A stretch of 64,000 nt of DNA from Candidatus Heimdallarchaeota archaeon (GCA_020353515.1 CP070695.1:4593414-4657413), one strand, 5' to 3'. Counted from the stretch's first letter, positions 29,930 through 41,357 are shown. Numbers and translations are program-made. Notes: a model not told the origin generated them from the sequence alone.

Positions 29930-31813
29930 CTACTGTCTATTTGTTCTAAAAAAAAGATATATTCGTTCTGCTACAGCACGATTAATTCCTTCAACTTGAC
30001 ACAATTCCTCAACAGTCGCCTCTCGAATTCTGTTTATATCACCAAAATGTTGTAGTAAGGAATTTCTTCGTTTCGTTCCTATCCCCACAATTTGATCTAA
30101 TTGGGATTTTGGTTCACGTAACCTTCTCCGACGATGATAAGTAATGGCAAATCGATGGGCTTCGTCACGACATTGTTTGAGTAGATTGAGGGCAGCACTA
30201 TTTTGAGGTATTGCAAGGGGGTTTTTCTTTTTTGGAAGAAAAACTTCCTCTTCTTTCTTAGCAATCCCGATAACAGGGATTTTTTGGTTAGATCGTAACA
30301 GGACAGCATATACACCGTTTACTTGAGGTTTACCTCCATCTATTACGATTAAATCTGGTAGAGATGTAGCAAACTGCGAGTCATCATGCTTAAGACGACG
30401 GGTTAGTACTTCTTGTAACATTGCTACATCATTAGGTTCAGGTTTAACTGATTTTATCTTAAAACGGCGATATTGTGATTTTACTGATTCTCCATTTTGA
30501 AAAACAACCATAGAACCTACAGGGAGAGTTCCTTGAATATTGGAGATATCATAAGTTTCTATTCGTTGGGGGATATTTACTAGATTGAGATACTTTTGAA
30601 GTTCGACTAAGGCTTCTGTTTTGACTTGTTTTTTCTTTTGAATTGACTTGATTTTTTCACTAAGCTCTAATTGAAGTTTGTAAACTTGTATTTTGAGAAT
30701 AGAGTTATCAAGAATATTGGGTTTGACCTTGATCCTGACACTTCTCCCCTGTTTTTTAGACAACCAATTTTCTAAAATCTCTCTCTCCTGGTCCAGTTCA
30801 CTTGAAACTTCAATAATATCAGGAATGAAATCTGTTTTGAAATAATAATGAGTAATGAAAGATTTAAGGATCTCTATTTCTGGTAACGCTTCAAGAATTC
30901 CTAAAAATTTTGATTCATGGTCTATAATATTGTCATCACGAATCCAAAAAATTCCAAACATATAATAATTTGAATTCTCTAGTAGAATAATGATATCTTT
31001 ATCTCTAGGTTGAGGAAATTCTGTTTGAGACTCAATTATAGTTTTTATTTGACTAATACGATCACGAATTTTAGCAGCTGATTCAAAATCTAAATCTTTG
31101 GCAGCTTGATCCATTCTTAGGTATAAAACTTCTAATAGATCCTTTTTCTTGCCCTGAAGAAATAATACAAATTGATCAACTATTTGTTGATATTCTTCAA
31201 CGGATATTTTACCAACACAGGGAGCAGAACAGCGATGAATGGAGTAATCTAAACACTCCTTTTTTGCTCGAAAACAGTAACTTTTGTTAGCAATAGGGAA
31301 GAGCCTACGAAGAGAACGAACAGATGCACGAAGAGCCTTAACATCTTTTTTCCTACTAAAATACCAATCCTTAGGATTTGTGATACTTCGGACTATAAGC
31401 AATCGGGAAAAGGGCTCTTCATCTGAAGGTACGGTAATCTGAATCCTGGGGTATTGTTTATCATCTTTCCAATCAATATTATATCGAGGAGAATGAATTT
31501 GAATTAAATCCCTTTCACGGAGAAATGCAGCTTCTATAGATTTATGAATTTCATAATCTATTGATTTGATTTTGGAAGCTAGTCGCCTGGTTTTTCGATC
31601 AGGAAAGTCTTTCCTTAAATAGGAAGCCACACGCTTTTTTAGATTTGATGTGGCTCCAATATAGATTATTTTCCCCTTTTCATTTAACATGAGATAGACG
31701 CCTGGAGCTGATGGAAGTGTATTCAAAACTTTAGAATTAAAAGAAGAGACCTCAGTTGGCATTCTACTCATTAAATTTCCATATGATTTTTTCCTTAAAT
31801 GTAATCCATACAC
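29930..31813 (-). CDS. uvrC: Excinuclease ABC subunit C (real start probably ATG 31771)
   Basis: GIY-YIG PGVY...IYIG, Cys cluster, UVR LDFESAAKIRD, RNase H YDISNIQG/DGGKPQ, RDEAHRFA, C-terminal HhH. Confidence 0.95.
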   Translation of the reverse strand: MYGLHLRKKSYGNLMSRMPTEVSSFNSKVLNTLPSAPGVYLMLNEKGKIIYIGATSNLKKRVASYLRKDFPDRKTRRLASKIKSIDYEIHKSIEAAFLRERDLIQIHSPRYNIDWKDDKQYPRIQITVPSDEEPFSRLLIVRSITNPKDWYFSRKKDVKALRASVRSLRRLFPIANKSYCFRAKKECLDYSIHRCSAPCVGKISVEEYQQIVDQFVLFLQGKKKDLLEVLYLRMDQAAKDLDFESAAKIRDRISQIKTIIESQTEFPQPRDKDIIILLENSNYYMFGIFWIRDDNIIDHESKFLGILEALPEIEILKSFITHYYFKTDFIPDIIEVSSELDQEREILENWLSKKQGRSVRIKVKPNILDNSILKIQVYKLQLELSEKIKSIQKKKQVKTEALVELQKYLNLVNIPQRIETYDISNIQGTLPVGSMVVFQNGESVKSQYRRFKIKSVKPEPNDVAMLQEVLTRRLKHDDSQFATSLPDLIVIDGGKPQVNGVYAVLLRSNQKIPVIGIAKKEEEVFLPKKKNPLAIPQNSAALNLLKQCRDEAHRFAITYHRRRRLREPKSQLDQIVGIGTKRRNSLLQHFGDINRIREATVEELCQVEGINRAVAERIYLFFRTNRQ

Positions 31814-31861
31814 TTCATTGTCATAAATTGAAGATCAAAAAGGAAAAAAGGATTTAGTCAA

Positions 31862-34800
31862 TTATTTATGGATAACTTCACGCCATTGATTAACTATAGC
31901 TTGAAACTCTTCAATCTTATTCTTGTTATTGAAGAGTAGAAATACATCAATTCTTCTTTCTTTTCCAGGGGGTAGTTTAAAGCTATTACTGCACACCATC
32001 TCGCTATAATTGTTCGCGTTCATATAATCTCCACTTATAGGAATCTTGGGATCAGGTGAAAACAAGAGAATTTTCTCTTTAGCTTCTCCAAATGACACAA
32101 GTGCCCAATTATCTGGTGGAATAGTATGTAAAACCCGCTCTCTTTCAGTCTTCCTATATGTCCAAATGTCATTGTGACGTTTGGTAATTAATTCTTCTAT
32201 TGGTTTCAAGAATAGGAAAAAACCTGCCTGTATTGATGTTGAAATCCCAGAATTATTTTTGATTGAGAGCTGACTCCATAATAAAGGGCTTTCAGATCGT
32301 GTATAGTAAGTGACTCTACAGGAAATATTTTTTAACCGGAAATCATTAACTGGAGAATCAAGATGATATGTTAGTCCAAACCATTTATCTTTGTTCGTAA
32401 CAAGAACAGGGGAAGACCAAGTATTGTCAAGAAACTCTAACCAATTCCAGCTATAGGAGGGTTTGAGAAAAGGATGAAATCCACCAACAAAACGTTTGAA
32501 CCAAACAAAAGAGTCGCGATTGGGAAAACGTGAAAAGAAGAGTTCATCACTATTTGAAAATTTCCCAGAGAATAAACTCGCACCGTGGGTTGGAGATGTT
32601 TGAAAAGATAATAAGTTGTTTGAGAATAGCCATTCTTCCTCTTTCTTTTCAAGAATTACCCTTTTTGTACTCCTATATGGGATTAAAGCTCCAGTTATAG
32701 GACGAGAAGTATATGGAAGTTGAATTACTCCTTTGAAAGTATAGAGTTGTACATCTAGATTTTTTATATCTATCTCTTTTCTAATCTGTTTATTAATTCC
32801 ACCTTCAAGTTTCATTTTCCATTGGATAGGAGATTTCCATAAGGTACTTTCTAAATCAATTTGAGCTTCTATTGATGTTTCTCGACAAGCATGATATAAG
32901 ATTTCAATCGGTACATTTCTAGAATCCCCATCTATCCAATTTAAACCTGGTAAGGGATTATTTTTTACTCCTGGAACTGCTAGGTCTTGTCCACATCGAA
33001 CTTCAAGAATTGAAGTAGAATATTCAACAGTTTTATCTTCATCTGAGGATATTTCACTACCGTTAAACTCGTTTAACCATATTTTACGAGTTAGAGGAGC
33101 TATATTCCTACCAAAAACCCAAGTAAAATGCCCTAATTTGATAGTTTCTCCTGGTTGCAAAGTGTAGGCTTTAGTATCTACCATTGGACCACTATACGGA
33201 TTACCTCGAATTGTTTCAACTTGGGAATCCCAGATAAGACCACATCCAAAACCAAGTTGATTCTCTTTTGCTATCCATGGTTCAGCATATTCTTCAGCAT
33301 TCTGAGGAAAATCGAAGTTATCATTGAATTCAGGATCATCTGATACAATCCACCCCGATTTTAATGGTAAGAAATATTTTCCCAATAAAATACTCGGTGT
33401 TCTCCAAGGACTCCAGAGACGAATGGCAATATTAGTTATTGGAAGATCAGATGTATTAGTCATCTCATAGTAACTTGAGATAAATGGTTTCCCACCCTCA
33501 ACATTGATCCAGCGGGTAACTTGTAAACCAGGTTTTTCGACTTTACTGAGCATTACTTGTTTAAAAGAAACTCCAGAGTCTTCTTTTATGATTTCATATG
33601 GACGATCAAGCCGCCAAAATTCTGATGATTCAGCAGGGAACGGTTTTCCAATATTCATTCCCAGAGTTGAAAAAGTAAATTCACCCACGTCTCTTGATTT
33701 AACAAGTCGTAATTCATTTGTCTCCTTTAAATCAAAATGAAACCGTAACTGTTCATTCTCAACGACTGCTTCTTTATGAGGATTTACGTAAGCAACAGCT
33801 CCCGCTTTAGTGAAACAACTTATATATCGAATGATTGGAGGTAGGGCTTCTTCTCCGCTGGATTTTTGATGATAAAAACGGATATTCCATCGCCAAGCTG
33901 TAACTATAGGTTTTTTAGGTTTTTTAATCATTATTTGGGTTTCAAGAGCGGCACTAGGTTCTAGTAAGTTGATTTTAACTTCATGAGGAGTTGGTAAACC
34001 TTCTCCAATAATTTTAACATGGCCATCAAAAGGAATATTCATCATATTTCGAAATCCAATAGGGATTGCAATTTGTTTTGTGTATCTTCCGAAATATGCT
34101 GAAGGTTCACTCATTGTTACTTGTAAAGACTCTTTGGGTACCCATCCAATGGCTAGTTGAATTTCTTTGTTATCAAGTAGAAAATTCCCATAAAGACGAC
34201 AATCAGTTCGTTTCCAAGGAACCTGATCTATAATATATGTTTCAACTTCAGGGTTCAGTTGAACTTCGATGGAGATATGTTTCTTGGTTCCAGCTTCTAC
34301 AATTACATCTATTGATTCAATAGATACTTTTTCGATACCTTTGAAGAGTGTGAAGTTACCTTTGACTACAATGGGCCGACTTAAGTTATTAATTATTCTT
34401 AATTCGGCTGAAGCTGAATCAATACCGAAAAATACTTCATGTAGATTAGGAACTAGTTGTACAGAAAGCTCCTCCCCATTAATAACATGAGAAAATCCCG
34501 AAATTTCTTTTGCGTGACGATCTATGTAGACAGTTAATGAATTCTGTTTATCTTGAACAAAATGATAGAAGTAAGATTTCATACCAAACTTTTCGAATTC
34601 ATCAGCTTTTTGAGTGACAGTAAGTATCCGAGACTCATACCAATCATTTCGACTAAAGAATGCTTTTTTAAAGAAACCTGTATTTAAAATCGCAGGCATA
34701 AAATTTTCCATGAGTACAGAGGTCTTAGGGCACCACATGAATCCCGTTTTTTTGTAAACAGGGACAGCACGTAGGTTCCCAGCCCATGTATGTAGATCTA

Positions 34801-35251
34801 GTCGCCTTTTACCATGTTGAGTCGCAGTTTCAACAGCTTTTAATAACAATCCTTTTCCGAAACCCTTTTTTTGTTGAGATGGACGAACACCTAACAACTC
34901 AGCATACATCGAATCTTCATCTGTCCAATGATTGTCTATAGAACAATACCCCTGAATAATTCCCTCTTCATCAACGACCATTCGCCTTACTTGTTTTGTT
35001 GCGAACCATTCTTTAAGTATTCTCTCTGCTGTGAACTTTGTGGCACCAAATCCACCACCCCAACTGTCGTCATCTGACCATTCGTTCACACAATCCGCAA
35101 GGCGCCCAGTATCTTCTAGAGTGGCTAATAATTCGCGAATTTTCATCATTTGGGGAGTATTGGGATAGAGTATTCTGATACTATCTACTCGCTCGGATTG
35201 TTGTTCATTTGAACCATGACTCGGTTCTTGTATATGAAGATTTTTGGTCAA
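31862..35251 (-). CDS. Large GNAT-family acetyltransferase with long beta-rich C-terminal region
   Basis: LGVRPSQQKKGFGKGLL (acetyl-CoA loop) and LHTWAGNLRAVPVYKKTGF in the first ~180 aa. Confidence 0.8.
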   Translation of the reverse strand: MTKNLHIQEPSHGSNEQQSERVDSIRILYPNTPQMMKIRELLATLEDTGRLADCVNEWSDDDSWGGGFGATKFTAERILKEWFATKQVRRMVVDEEGIIQGYCSIDNHWTDEDSMYAELLGVRPSQQKKGFGKGLLLKAVETATQHGKRRLDLHTWAGNLRAVPVYKKTGFMWCPKTSVLMENFMPAILNTGFFKKAFFSRNDWYESRILTVTQKADEFEKFGMKSYFYHFVQDKQNSLTVYIDRHAKEISGFSHVINGEELSVQLVPNLHEVFFGIDSASAELRIINNLSRPIVVKGNFTLFKGIEKVSIESIDVIVEAGTKKHISIEVQLNPEVETYIIDQVPWKRTDCRLYGNFLLDNKEIQLAIGWVPKESLQVTMSEPSAYFGRYTKQIAIPIGFRNMMNIPFDGHVKIIGEGLPTPHEVKINLLEPSAALETQIMIKKPKKPIVTAWRWNIRFYHQKSSGEEALPPIIRYISCFTKAGAVAYVNPHKEAVVENEQLRFHFDLKETNELRLVKSRDVGEFTFSTLGMNIGKPFPAESSEFWRLDRPYEIIKEDSGVSFKQVMLSKVEKPGLQVTRWINVEGGKPFISSYYEMTNTSDLPITNIAIRLWSPWRTPSILLGKYFLPLKSGWIVSDDPEFNDNFDFPQNAEEYAEPWIAKENQLGFGCGLIWDSQVETIRGNPYSGPMVDTKAYTLQPGETIKLGHFTWVFGRNIAPLTRKIWLNEFNGSEISSDEDKTVEYSTSILEVRCGQDLAVPGVKNNPLPGLNWIDGDSRNVPIEILYHACRETSIEAQIDLESTLWKSPIQWKMKLEGGINKQIRKEIDIKNLDVQLYTFKGVIQLPYTSRPITGALIPYRSTKRVILEKKEEEWLFSNNLLSFQTSPTHGASLFSGKFSNSDELFFSRFPNRDSFVWFKRFVGGFHPFLKPSYSWNWLEFLDNTWSSPVLVTNKDKWFGLTYHLDSPVNDFRLKNISCRVTYYTRSESPLLWSQLSIKNNSGISTSIQAGFFLFLKPIEELITKRHNDIWTYRKTERERVLHTIPPDNWALVSFGEAKEKILLFSPDPKIPISGDYMNANNYSEMVCSNSFKLPPGKERRIDVFLLFNNKNKIEEFQAIVNQWREVIHK

Positions 35252-35459
35252 GATCTTTTCCTCTACTGATGTCCATGTCTACCCAAAATTTATGATAGAC
35301 AATAACCATAGATAAACATATTTGCACGTAAAAAAGGCTAAACTTAAAAATACAGATTCTGGCAATTCAAATCTGATTCGAATTGAATCGTTATTTAGAA
35401 AAAAACAAATACAAGAACAACCCAAAAGCACTTAACTAGTGTTCTAATTCTCATGTAAG

Positions 35460-36281
35460 GTGAAACTGCTTTTGAGTAGTACAACGCATTTCTTTATTAT
35501 GGTACCTCCTTTCGAAATTACAGGTAGTCGTATTTCTATTGTTACAAAAAGGGGTTATTACGAAATTAATCCCCCAAATAAAATCCAATATAAGGTCACA
35601 AACCTGACCACTGATTTCATAGTGTTATACTCCCATGAGGGAATAGGGATGATGACCGAATTACCACCTTACGCAGATATCAATGCCTTTGATTTGCTTA
35701 ATACGCTATGTCAAGGATTATTTGAGGTCTGTTTTTCATTAACAGGAAGGAGAAAAAGTGATCTGTTATTAGATTTCATCTTTGGAGAAATTTTACCTTT
35801 CACGATGAGGGATTACAAAACTGGTTTTTTTCAATTGAAATTATTACCTGATTCCATTTATCAAGAATTCTATAGACGGTCGTCAACTGTTGAAGAAACC
35901 ATGACTACAACGATTACAACGTTTGATGAAAACATTTTTATCCCATTCAAACAGAAATTTATATCTACAATCCATAATCGCACTGAGGAAAAAGCAAACA
36001 CTACCGTTGGCACTTTTTCTAGAGATTTTCCTAGATTTTTCAGACTACATAAGGATCTATTGACAATTCTCCTCTCTCAAGCGAAGCAAGTCTCTGATCA
36101 TCAACATCTGTCCTTTAGCATATTTGCTCCAATACTAAGAAAAATTAGAATGCTCGATACAATGATGGATCATTTTAAAGTTGAGGAACATAAAAAGCAC
36201 ATCGAACTGAAAATAGAGCCGATGAAAGTGGATTCAGCAGAAATTGCAGGAAAAATCTCTCCCTTAGTAAAGGTGAAGTAA
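35460..36281 (+). CDS. Hypothetical protein
   Basis: 273-aa ORF (possible start ATG 35499); no family recognised. Confidence 0.55.
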   Translation: MKLLLSSTTHFFIMVPPFEITGSRISIVTKRGYYEINPPNKIQYKVTNLTTDFIVLYSHEGIGMMTELPPYADINAFDLLNTLCQGLFEVCFSLTGRRKSDLLLDFIFGEILPFTMRDYKTGFFQLKLLPDSIYQEFYRRSSTVEETMTTTITTFDENIFIPFKQKFISTIHNRTEEKANTTVGTFSRDFPRFFRLHKDLLTILLSQAKQVSDHQHLSFSIFAPILRKIRMLDTMMDHFKVEEHKKHIELKIEPMKVDSAEIAGKISPLVKVK

Positions 36282-36302
36282 AGCAGGGAGAATTCAATAT
36301 CT

Positions 36303-36677
36303 TTAAATTTCAGATGCGATGTCATAAGCGTCCTTGATACTCGCAATCCAACTCAGAGGGAAAAGAAAATAAGAAATCAAGAGAAAATACAATGTTAACA
36401 AGCCTATGGGAGGAATCATTAGATCAATGGTGAACAATGTATCAAATAGGAAAATTGTAATAGCAAGAGTGAGGGCGACTAGGGATGGTATGAACATGAA
36501 ACCAACTCCTCTTCGTACACGTCCAAGATAAATTTGACCTAATCCTGGTAAAATAAAAGATAATACGCTAACTACGTATTTATTTTTGATAATTCGCTTT
36601 CTTGGTTCATCTGCAGTAAATTGAGTAGTATATGCCTTTGATTCGGTTATTCCTTCCAAAATTATTTCCATCTTCAA
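36303..36677 (-). CDS. TM2-like small membrane protein
   Basis: LSFILPGLGQIYLGRVRRG...WIASIKDAY. Confidence 0.65.
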   Translation of the reverse strand: MKMEIILEGITESKAYTTQFTADEPRKRIIKNKYVVSVLSFILPGLGQIYLGRVRRGVGFMFIPSLVALTLAITIFLFDTLFTIDLMIPPIGLLTLYFLLISYFLFPLSWIASIKDAYDIASEI

Positions 36678-36727
36678 AAATAGTATTAAATCATTTTATT
36701 TTAGCATTACTAGGTTTGAAGCATTTA

Positions 36728-37396
36728 TTAAGTTTGATATAGAAATACTTTGAGAATTTCGAATAATTTGTCCAGAGATTTGTAAGGACTGTATAATGTA
36801 GATAGATAAGATATTCCGAACTTAGAAAGTGGAAATGTTGTTTTAAACTCATCCATAGTTGGGGCAAAATGTGCTAAGAAATCGACAGCTTGTTCTTTAA
36901 TTTTGGGGGACATCTTGAATTCGTTAGGATCTTCCGATGAAAATAAATCTACTTTATTCACAACAAAATGGAAGATATATTTTGTATCCGCTGCTTTCTT
37001 GTCCGCTTTTTCGGGTTTTAAATCAAGTGAATCTAGAAAGTAATTGTAAGAATCCTCCATTGCTACCCGCTGTACCTCAACTGATTGATCAGGATCGAGT
37101 AAGAAGAGCATACCATCAGTTTTAAACTTTCGCATGGCTTCACGCCATTTCCGTCGAAGTTTATAGTCCCCTGGATTATCAATTGCAATAATTCGATATT
37201 TTCTGTGTGCTTCTGGCGAGTACCATGGATAGTCTTCTGAACTTTTCAATTTAATCTTCTTTTCTTCAATATTAATCTCAAGAGTCTTTTTACTCACAAT
37301 TTTCTTAACATCGGTTCCTATCATCCGATTAATTAGTGTTGTCTTACCCACCCCTGTATTCCCTAAGACTGTAACTCGAATATCACGATCAAACAC
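36728..37396 (-). CDS. Divergent small GTPase (Arf-like features)
   Basis: GNTGVGKTT, DNPG, LRRKWREAM (Arf-type switch II helix), NKVD, degenerate G5 LSTL. Confidence 0.78.
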   Translation of the reverse strand: MFDRDIRVTVLGNTGVGKTTLINRMIGTDVKKIVSKKTLEINIEEKKIKLKSSEDYPWYSPEAHRKYRIIAIDNPGDYKLRRKWREAMRKFKTDGMLFLLDPDQSVEVQRVAMEDSYNYFLDSLDLKPEKADKKAADTKYIFHFVVNKVDLFSSEDPNEFKMSPKIKEQAVDFLAHFAPTMDEFKTTFPLSKFGISYLSTLYSPYKSLDKLFEILKVFLYQT

Positions 37397-37573
37397 ATTC
37401 TAACCTCGTGTAGAACAATAACCTCTGAATATTATTCTTGTTGTGTATTGATTAAAAAGATGGATTATTTAAAAATTAATTGTTTCAAACAAAGGAAATT
37501 AAATTGCCAATAAGCTTTTATTTATGAATAAGTAAGCAAACGTTATAATATAAAGAAAGATATCTGTTTCCAG

Positions 37574-39592
37574 TTGGAGAGAAGCATCCTGCCAGAGTTT
37601 CAGCTAAAGTCTCCTTATCAACCTCGTGGTGATCAAATACCTGCAATACAGCAATTAATTCAAGGAATTAGTGATGGAAAAAAGTACCAAACTCTTTTAG
37701 GAGTGACAGGGAGCGGAAAAACATTTACAGTAGCCAATGTCATTGAACAAGTACAGAAACCTACTCTAGTAATCTCTCACAACAAGACGTTAGCAGCCCA
37801 GTTGTTTCAAGAATTTTCAGAGTATTTTCCTCATAATGCAGTAGAATACTTCGTTTCTTTTTATGACTACTACCAACCTGAAGCATACCTGCCAACAACT
37901 GACCGTTACATCGAGAAAGACTTCAGTATCAATGAGGAAATAGAGAAGATGAGATCTTCAACCACGAGAAGTCTCCTCGAACGGGATGATGTGATTGTTG
38001 TCGCGAGTGTTAGTTGTATTTATGGTCTTGGAGCCCCTGGATCTTATAAAGATATGAGTCTTTTTGTTGAGCGTGGTATGCATATTTCAAAAGAGGAAAT
38101 CCTAGCTACCCTAATTGATATCCAGTATGAACGCGATCAAATGGATTTTTCACGAGGAAAAATCAGAACACGTGGAGACACGATTGATATCTGGCCAATA
38201 TACGAAGACAACAAAGCAGTCCGAATAGAACTCTTTGGAGATGAAATTGACCGTATTACTTATATTCACCCCATCTCGGGGAAAACTCTGCTTTCTCTTG
38301 ATCGTGCGATCGTTTTTCCTGCAAAACACTATATTCGACCCAAAGACGAGCTTAGAGCGGCACTTAGTGGAATTCGAAAAGAATTAAGAGTCCGACTCAA
38401 AGAATTGAGACACCAAAATAAGATAGTTGAAGCACATAGACTGCAACAACGAACACTGTATGACCTAGAGTTGCTAGAAGAGATCGGCCATTGTCCTGGG
38501 ATAGAGAACTATTCTAGATACTTTGACAAGCGTGAGGAAGGAGAACCACCTTCAACATTGCTGGAATTCTTTCCTAAGGATTTTCTCCTAATCATTGATG
38601 AATCTCATATGACGATTCCACAAATTGCAGGAATGAGAGAAGGTGATCTTTCAAGGAAGAAAAATCTGGTAGATTATGGTTTTAGACTCCCCTCTGCTTT
38701 TGACCATCGGCCATTGAGTTTTAAAGAATTTGAAGTTCGGATGGGACAAACAATATTTGTTAGTGCGACTCCAGGTGATTATGCACGGAAAAAAAGCGGA
38801 ATGAACAGTATTGTAGAACAGATAATTAGACCTACAGGATTAATTGATCCAGAGATTGCAGTCAAGTTAAAATTACCAAATCCAATAGATGATTTAATCA
38901 GTGAAATACAGCAGACCACAAAAAGAGGCGAACGGACATTAGTGACTACTTTGACGAAAAGAATGGCTGAAAACCTTGCTGACTACCTTGAAGAGATAAA
39001 AGTACGTGCACGGTACCTTCATTCTGAGATTAAAACCCTAGAAAGAACTGATATCCTACGATCATTGAGGCTTGGGGATTTTGATGTTCTTGTTGGAATT
39101 AACCTTCTCCGAGAAGGGCTTGATTTGCCAGAGGTCTCTTTAGTTGCTATTCTAGATGCAGATAAACAGGGATTCCTAAGAAATGAACGATCTTTAATAC
39201 AAACTATTGGTCGGGCAGCTCGAAATGTCAACGGACGAGTTGTTTTTTATGCAGACAAAGTTTCAGAATCAATGGAGATGGCCATAGCGGAAACGAAAAG
39301 GCGTCGTCGAAAACAATTAGAATTCAATGAGAGAATGGGGATTACTCCACAAACAATATTTAAGGAAGTACGCTCTCCACTTGTTGAACTACAGACATCC
39401 TTTACAGCCATCCAACGAGAGAAAATATCTGCAGAAGATTTACCTGAATATATTGAAGCCTTGAGAAGTGAAATGCAACTAGCTGCAAAAAATCTGGAGT
39501 TTGAAAAAGCTGCAGAAATACGAGATATGATTATTGACCTAGAGAGTCCAAAAATTAAGACACCAAAAATTGTGGATAGAAAAAGTTTCTGA
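37574..39592 (+). CDS. uvrB: Excinuclease ABC subunit B
   Basis: LGVTGSGKT, HNKTLAAQL, YDYYQPEAY, DESH, QTIGRAARN, C-terminal UVR. Confidence 0.97.
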   Translation: MERSILPEFQLKSPYQPRGDQIPAIQQLIQGISDGKKYQTLLGVTGSGKTFTVANVIEQVQKPTLVISHNKTLAAQLFQEFSEYFPHNAVEYFVSFYDYYQPEAYLPTTDRYIEKDFSINEEIEKMRSSTTRSLLERDDVIVVASVSCIYGLGAPGSYKDMSLFVERGMHISKEEILATLIDIQYERDQMDFSRGKIRTRGDTIDIWPIYEDNKAVRIELFGDEIDRITYIHPISGKTLLSLDRAIVFPAKHYIRPKDELRAALSGIRKELRVRLKELRHQNKIVEAHRLQQRTLYDLELLEEIGHCPGIENYSRYFDKREEGEPPSTLLEFFPKDFLLIIDESHMTIPQIAGMREGDLSRKKNLVDYGFRLPSAFDHRPLSFKEFEVRMGQTIFVSATPGDYARKKSGMNSIVEQIIRPTGLIDPEIAVKLKLPNPIDDLISEIQQTTKRGERTLVTTLTKRMAENLADYLEEIKVRARYLHSEIKTLERTDILRSLRLGDFDVLVGINLLREGLDLPEVSLVAILDADKQGFLRNERSLIQTIGRAARNVNGRVVFYADKVSESMEMAIAETKRRRRKQLEFNERMGITPQTIFKEVRSPLVELQTSFTAIQREKISAEDLPEYIEALRSEMQLAAKNLEFEKAAEIRDMIIDLESPKIKTPKIVDRKSF

Positions 39593-39616
39593 TTGGATTT
39601 AGACTCTCTAGTTTGA

Positions 39617-41038
39617 TTACGTATGGATAGGACGGTCTAAAGCACACAGAACTGCTTCTTTGATTGTTTCATAGAATACTGGGTGTGAATGTTCAACTTT
39701 AATTAAATCTTCTGCTTTCATTCGATTCCCTACCGCTAAAGCGCCTTCTGCAATTAACTCAGTTGCGCTGGGACCGATAATGTGCACTCCAATAATTTCT
39801 GTAGTTTTTGCATCCAGAATTACCTTAACAAATCCACGGTTCTGCCCGGCAATAATTGCTCGGCCATTTCCTTGAAAGGGAAACTTTCCTACAAGAATTT
39901 CACCATATTTTTCTTTTGCTTTCTCCTCGGATAAACCAACCGAGGCTACTTCAGGATTAGTAAAAATAGTGGTCGGGATAGCATGATAATTCATTTCAGT
40001 ATCATGACCTAATGCATTTTCAACAGCAACTTCGCCTTCGTGTGATGCTGTGTAAGCTAACATAGGCGAAGGTACTCCTTGAACTACATCACCTGCAGCA
40101 TATACTCCAGGAATATTTGTTTCCATCTTTTTATTAACGATAATTCCACGATCATGTTCAATTCCTGCTTTATCAAGGTTTAATCCCTTTATTGCTGGAG
40201 CTCGCCCAATTGAGACTAGTACGTAATCAGCTTCGATATTATATTCTTTATTTTCAGCATCTATGAATATAACCCTTTTTTTACCAACAGGAGTATCTGA
40301 AATACGAGTGACACGTGAACTAGTATGGACTTTGATTCCACTTCGTTTAAAGGAAGCTTCAAGCTCCTTACTAAGATCAGGATCTTCCATTGGGATTAAA
40401 CGGGGGAGCATCTCTACAACAGTAACATCTGTTTCCTCAAAACATCTAAAAACGCATGCAAATTCTCCACCAATAGCACCACCTCCAATTACAATTAAGC
40501 TCTTAGGAATATGACTCAGTTCAAGCAATTTCTTACTCGTTAGAACTTTCACTCCATCAATTCCTGGTATCGGTACAAAAAATGGTTGACTTCCTGTGGC
40601 AATGATGACTTTTTTAGCAGAAACACGATATGTCCTATTCGATGTGGTTACAGAGAGTGTATAAGGATCAATGAATTTTCCCTCTCCATTCAACACACGA
40701 ACGTTGGCATTTTTCAAGAGGAAATCGATACCTTTCACAAGCCGACGAACAATCATGGTTTTCCTTTTTTGAATACGAGGAAAATCAACACCGATATATT
40801 CAGATTTTAGCCCAAACCGAGCCATTTCCCTTAGTGCCTTGCATCGTTTCGCGGACTCAACTAATACTTTAGTAGGAATACATCCACGATTAAGACAGGT
40901 ACCTCCTATCTGGCCTTTTTCGATGAGTACAACACCATTATCACTCAACTGAGCTGCTCTTATCGCTGCTACGTAACCTGCTGGCCCACCTCCTAGAATG
41001 GCAATTTCGGCATGAACTATTTCTACTATTTCTTCCAT
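39617..41038 (-). CDS. lpdA: Dihydrolipoamide dehydrogenase
   Basis: GGGPAGY, GGTCLNRGCIPTK, IGGGAIG, HSHP...E. Confidence 0.93.
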   Translation of the reverse strand: MEEIVEIVHAEIAILGGGPAGYVAAIRAAQLSDNGVVLIEKGQIGGTCLNRGCIPTKVLVESAKRCKALREMARFGLKSEYIGVDFPRIQKRKTMIVRRLVKGIDFLLKNANVRVLNGEGKFIDPYTLSVTTSNRTYRVSAKKVIIATGSQPFFVPIPGIDGVKVLTSKKLLELSHIPKSLIVIGGGAIGGEFACVFRCFEETDVTVVEMLPRLIPMEDPDLSKELEASFKRSGIKVHTSSRVTRISDTPVGKKRVIFIDAENKEYNIEADYVLVSIGRAPAIKGLNLDKAGIEHDRGIIVNKKMETNIPGVYAAGDVVQGVPSPMLAYTASHEGEVAVENALGHDTEMNYHAIPTTIFTNPEVASVGLSEEKAKEKYGEILVGKFPFQGNGRAIIAGQNRGFVKVILDAKTTEIIGVHIIGPSATELIAEGALAVGNRMKAEDLIKVEHSHPVFYETIKEAVLCALDRPIHT

Positions 41039-41357
41039 TTGAAAACAACTCGGAATTGATGGTTATTCAATGAAGAATATAATTAATCATTTAAATCAAT
41101 TCTTTAACTATAATGTATTGCTAACGTCAAATATGATTTTTTTATATCAAAATCGTCCGAAGAGATCCAATAAAGAAAACATTTTCCTTTTGACTAGATT
41201 TAACGCGACTACAGTATTAATTACTAGTGATTCACAATTCAGTGAATAATTGTCTTTATAAAAATAATGTATTTTACTTAAATCAGGTATTATTTCCACT
41301 GAAATTGTCTAATAATCCCAGAAAAAGTGGAAAACCAAACGAAAATACTTCTAAGGT

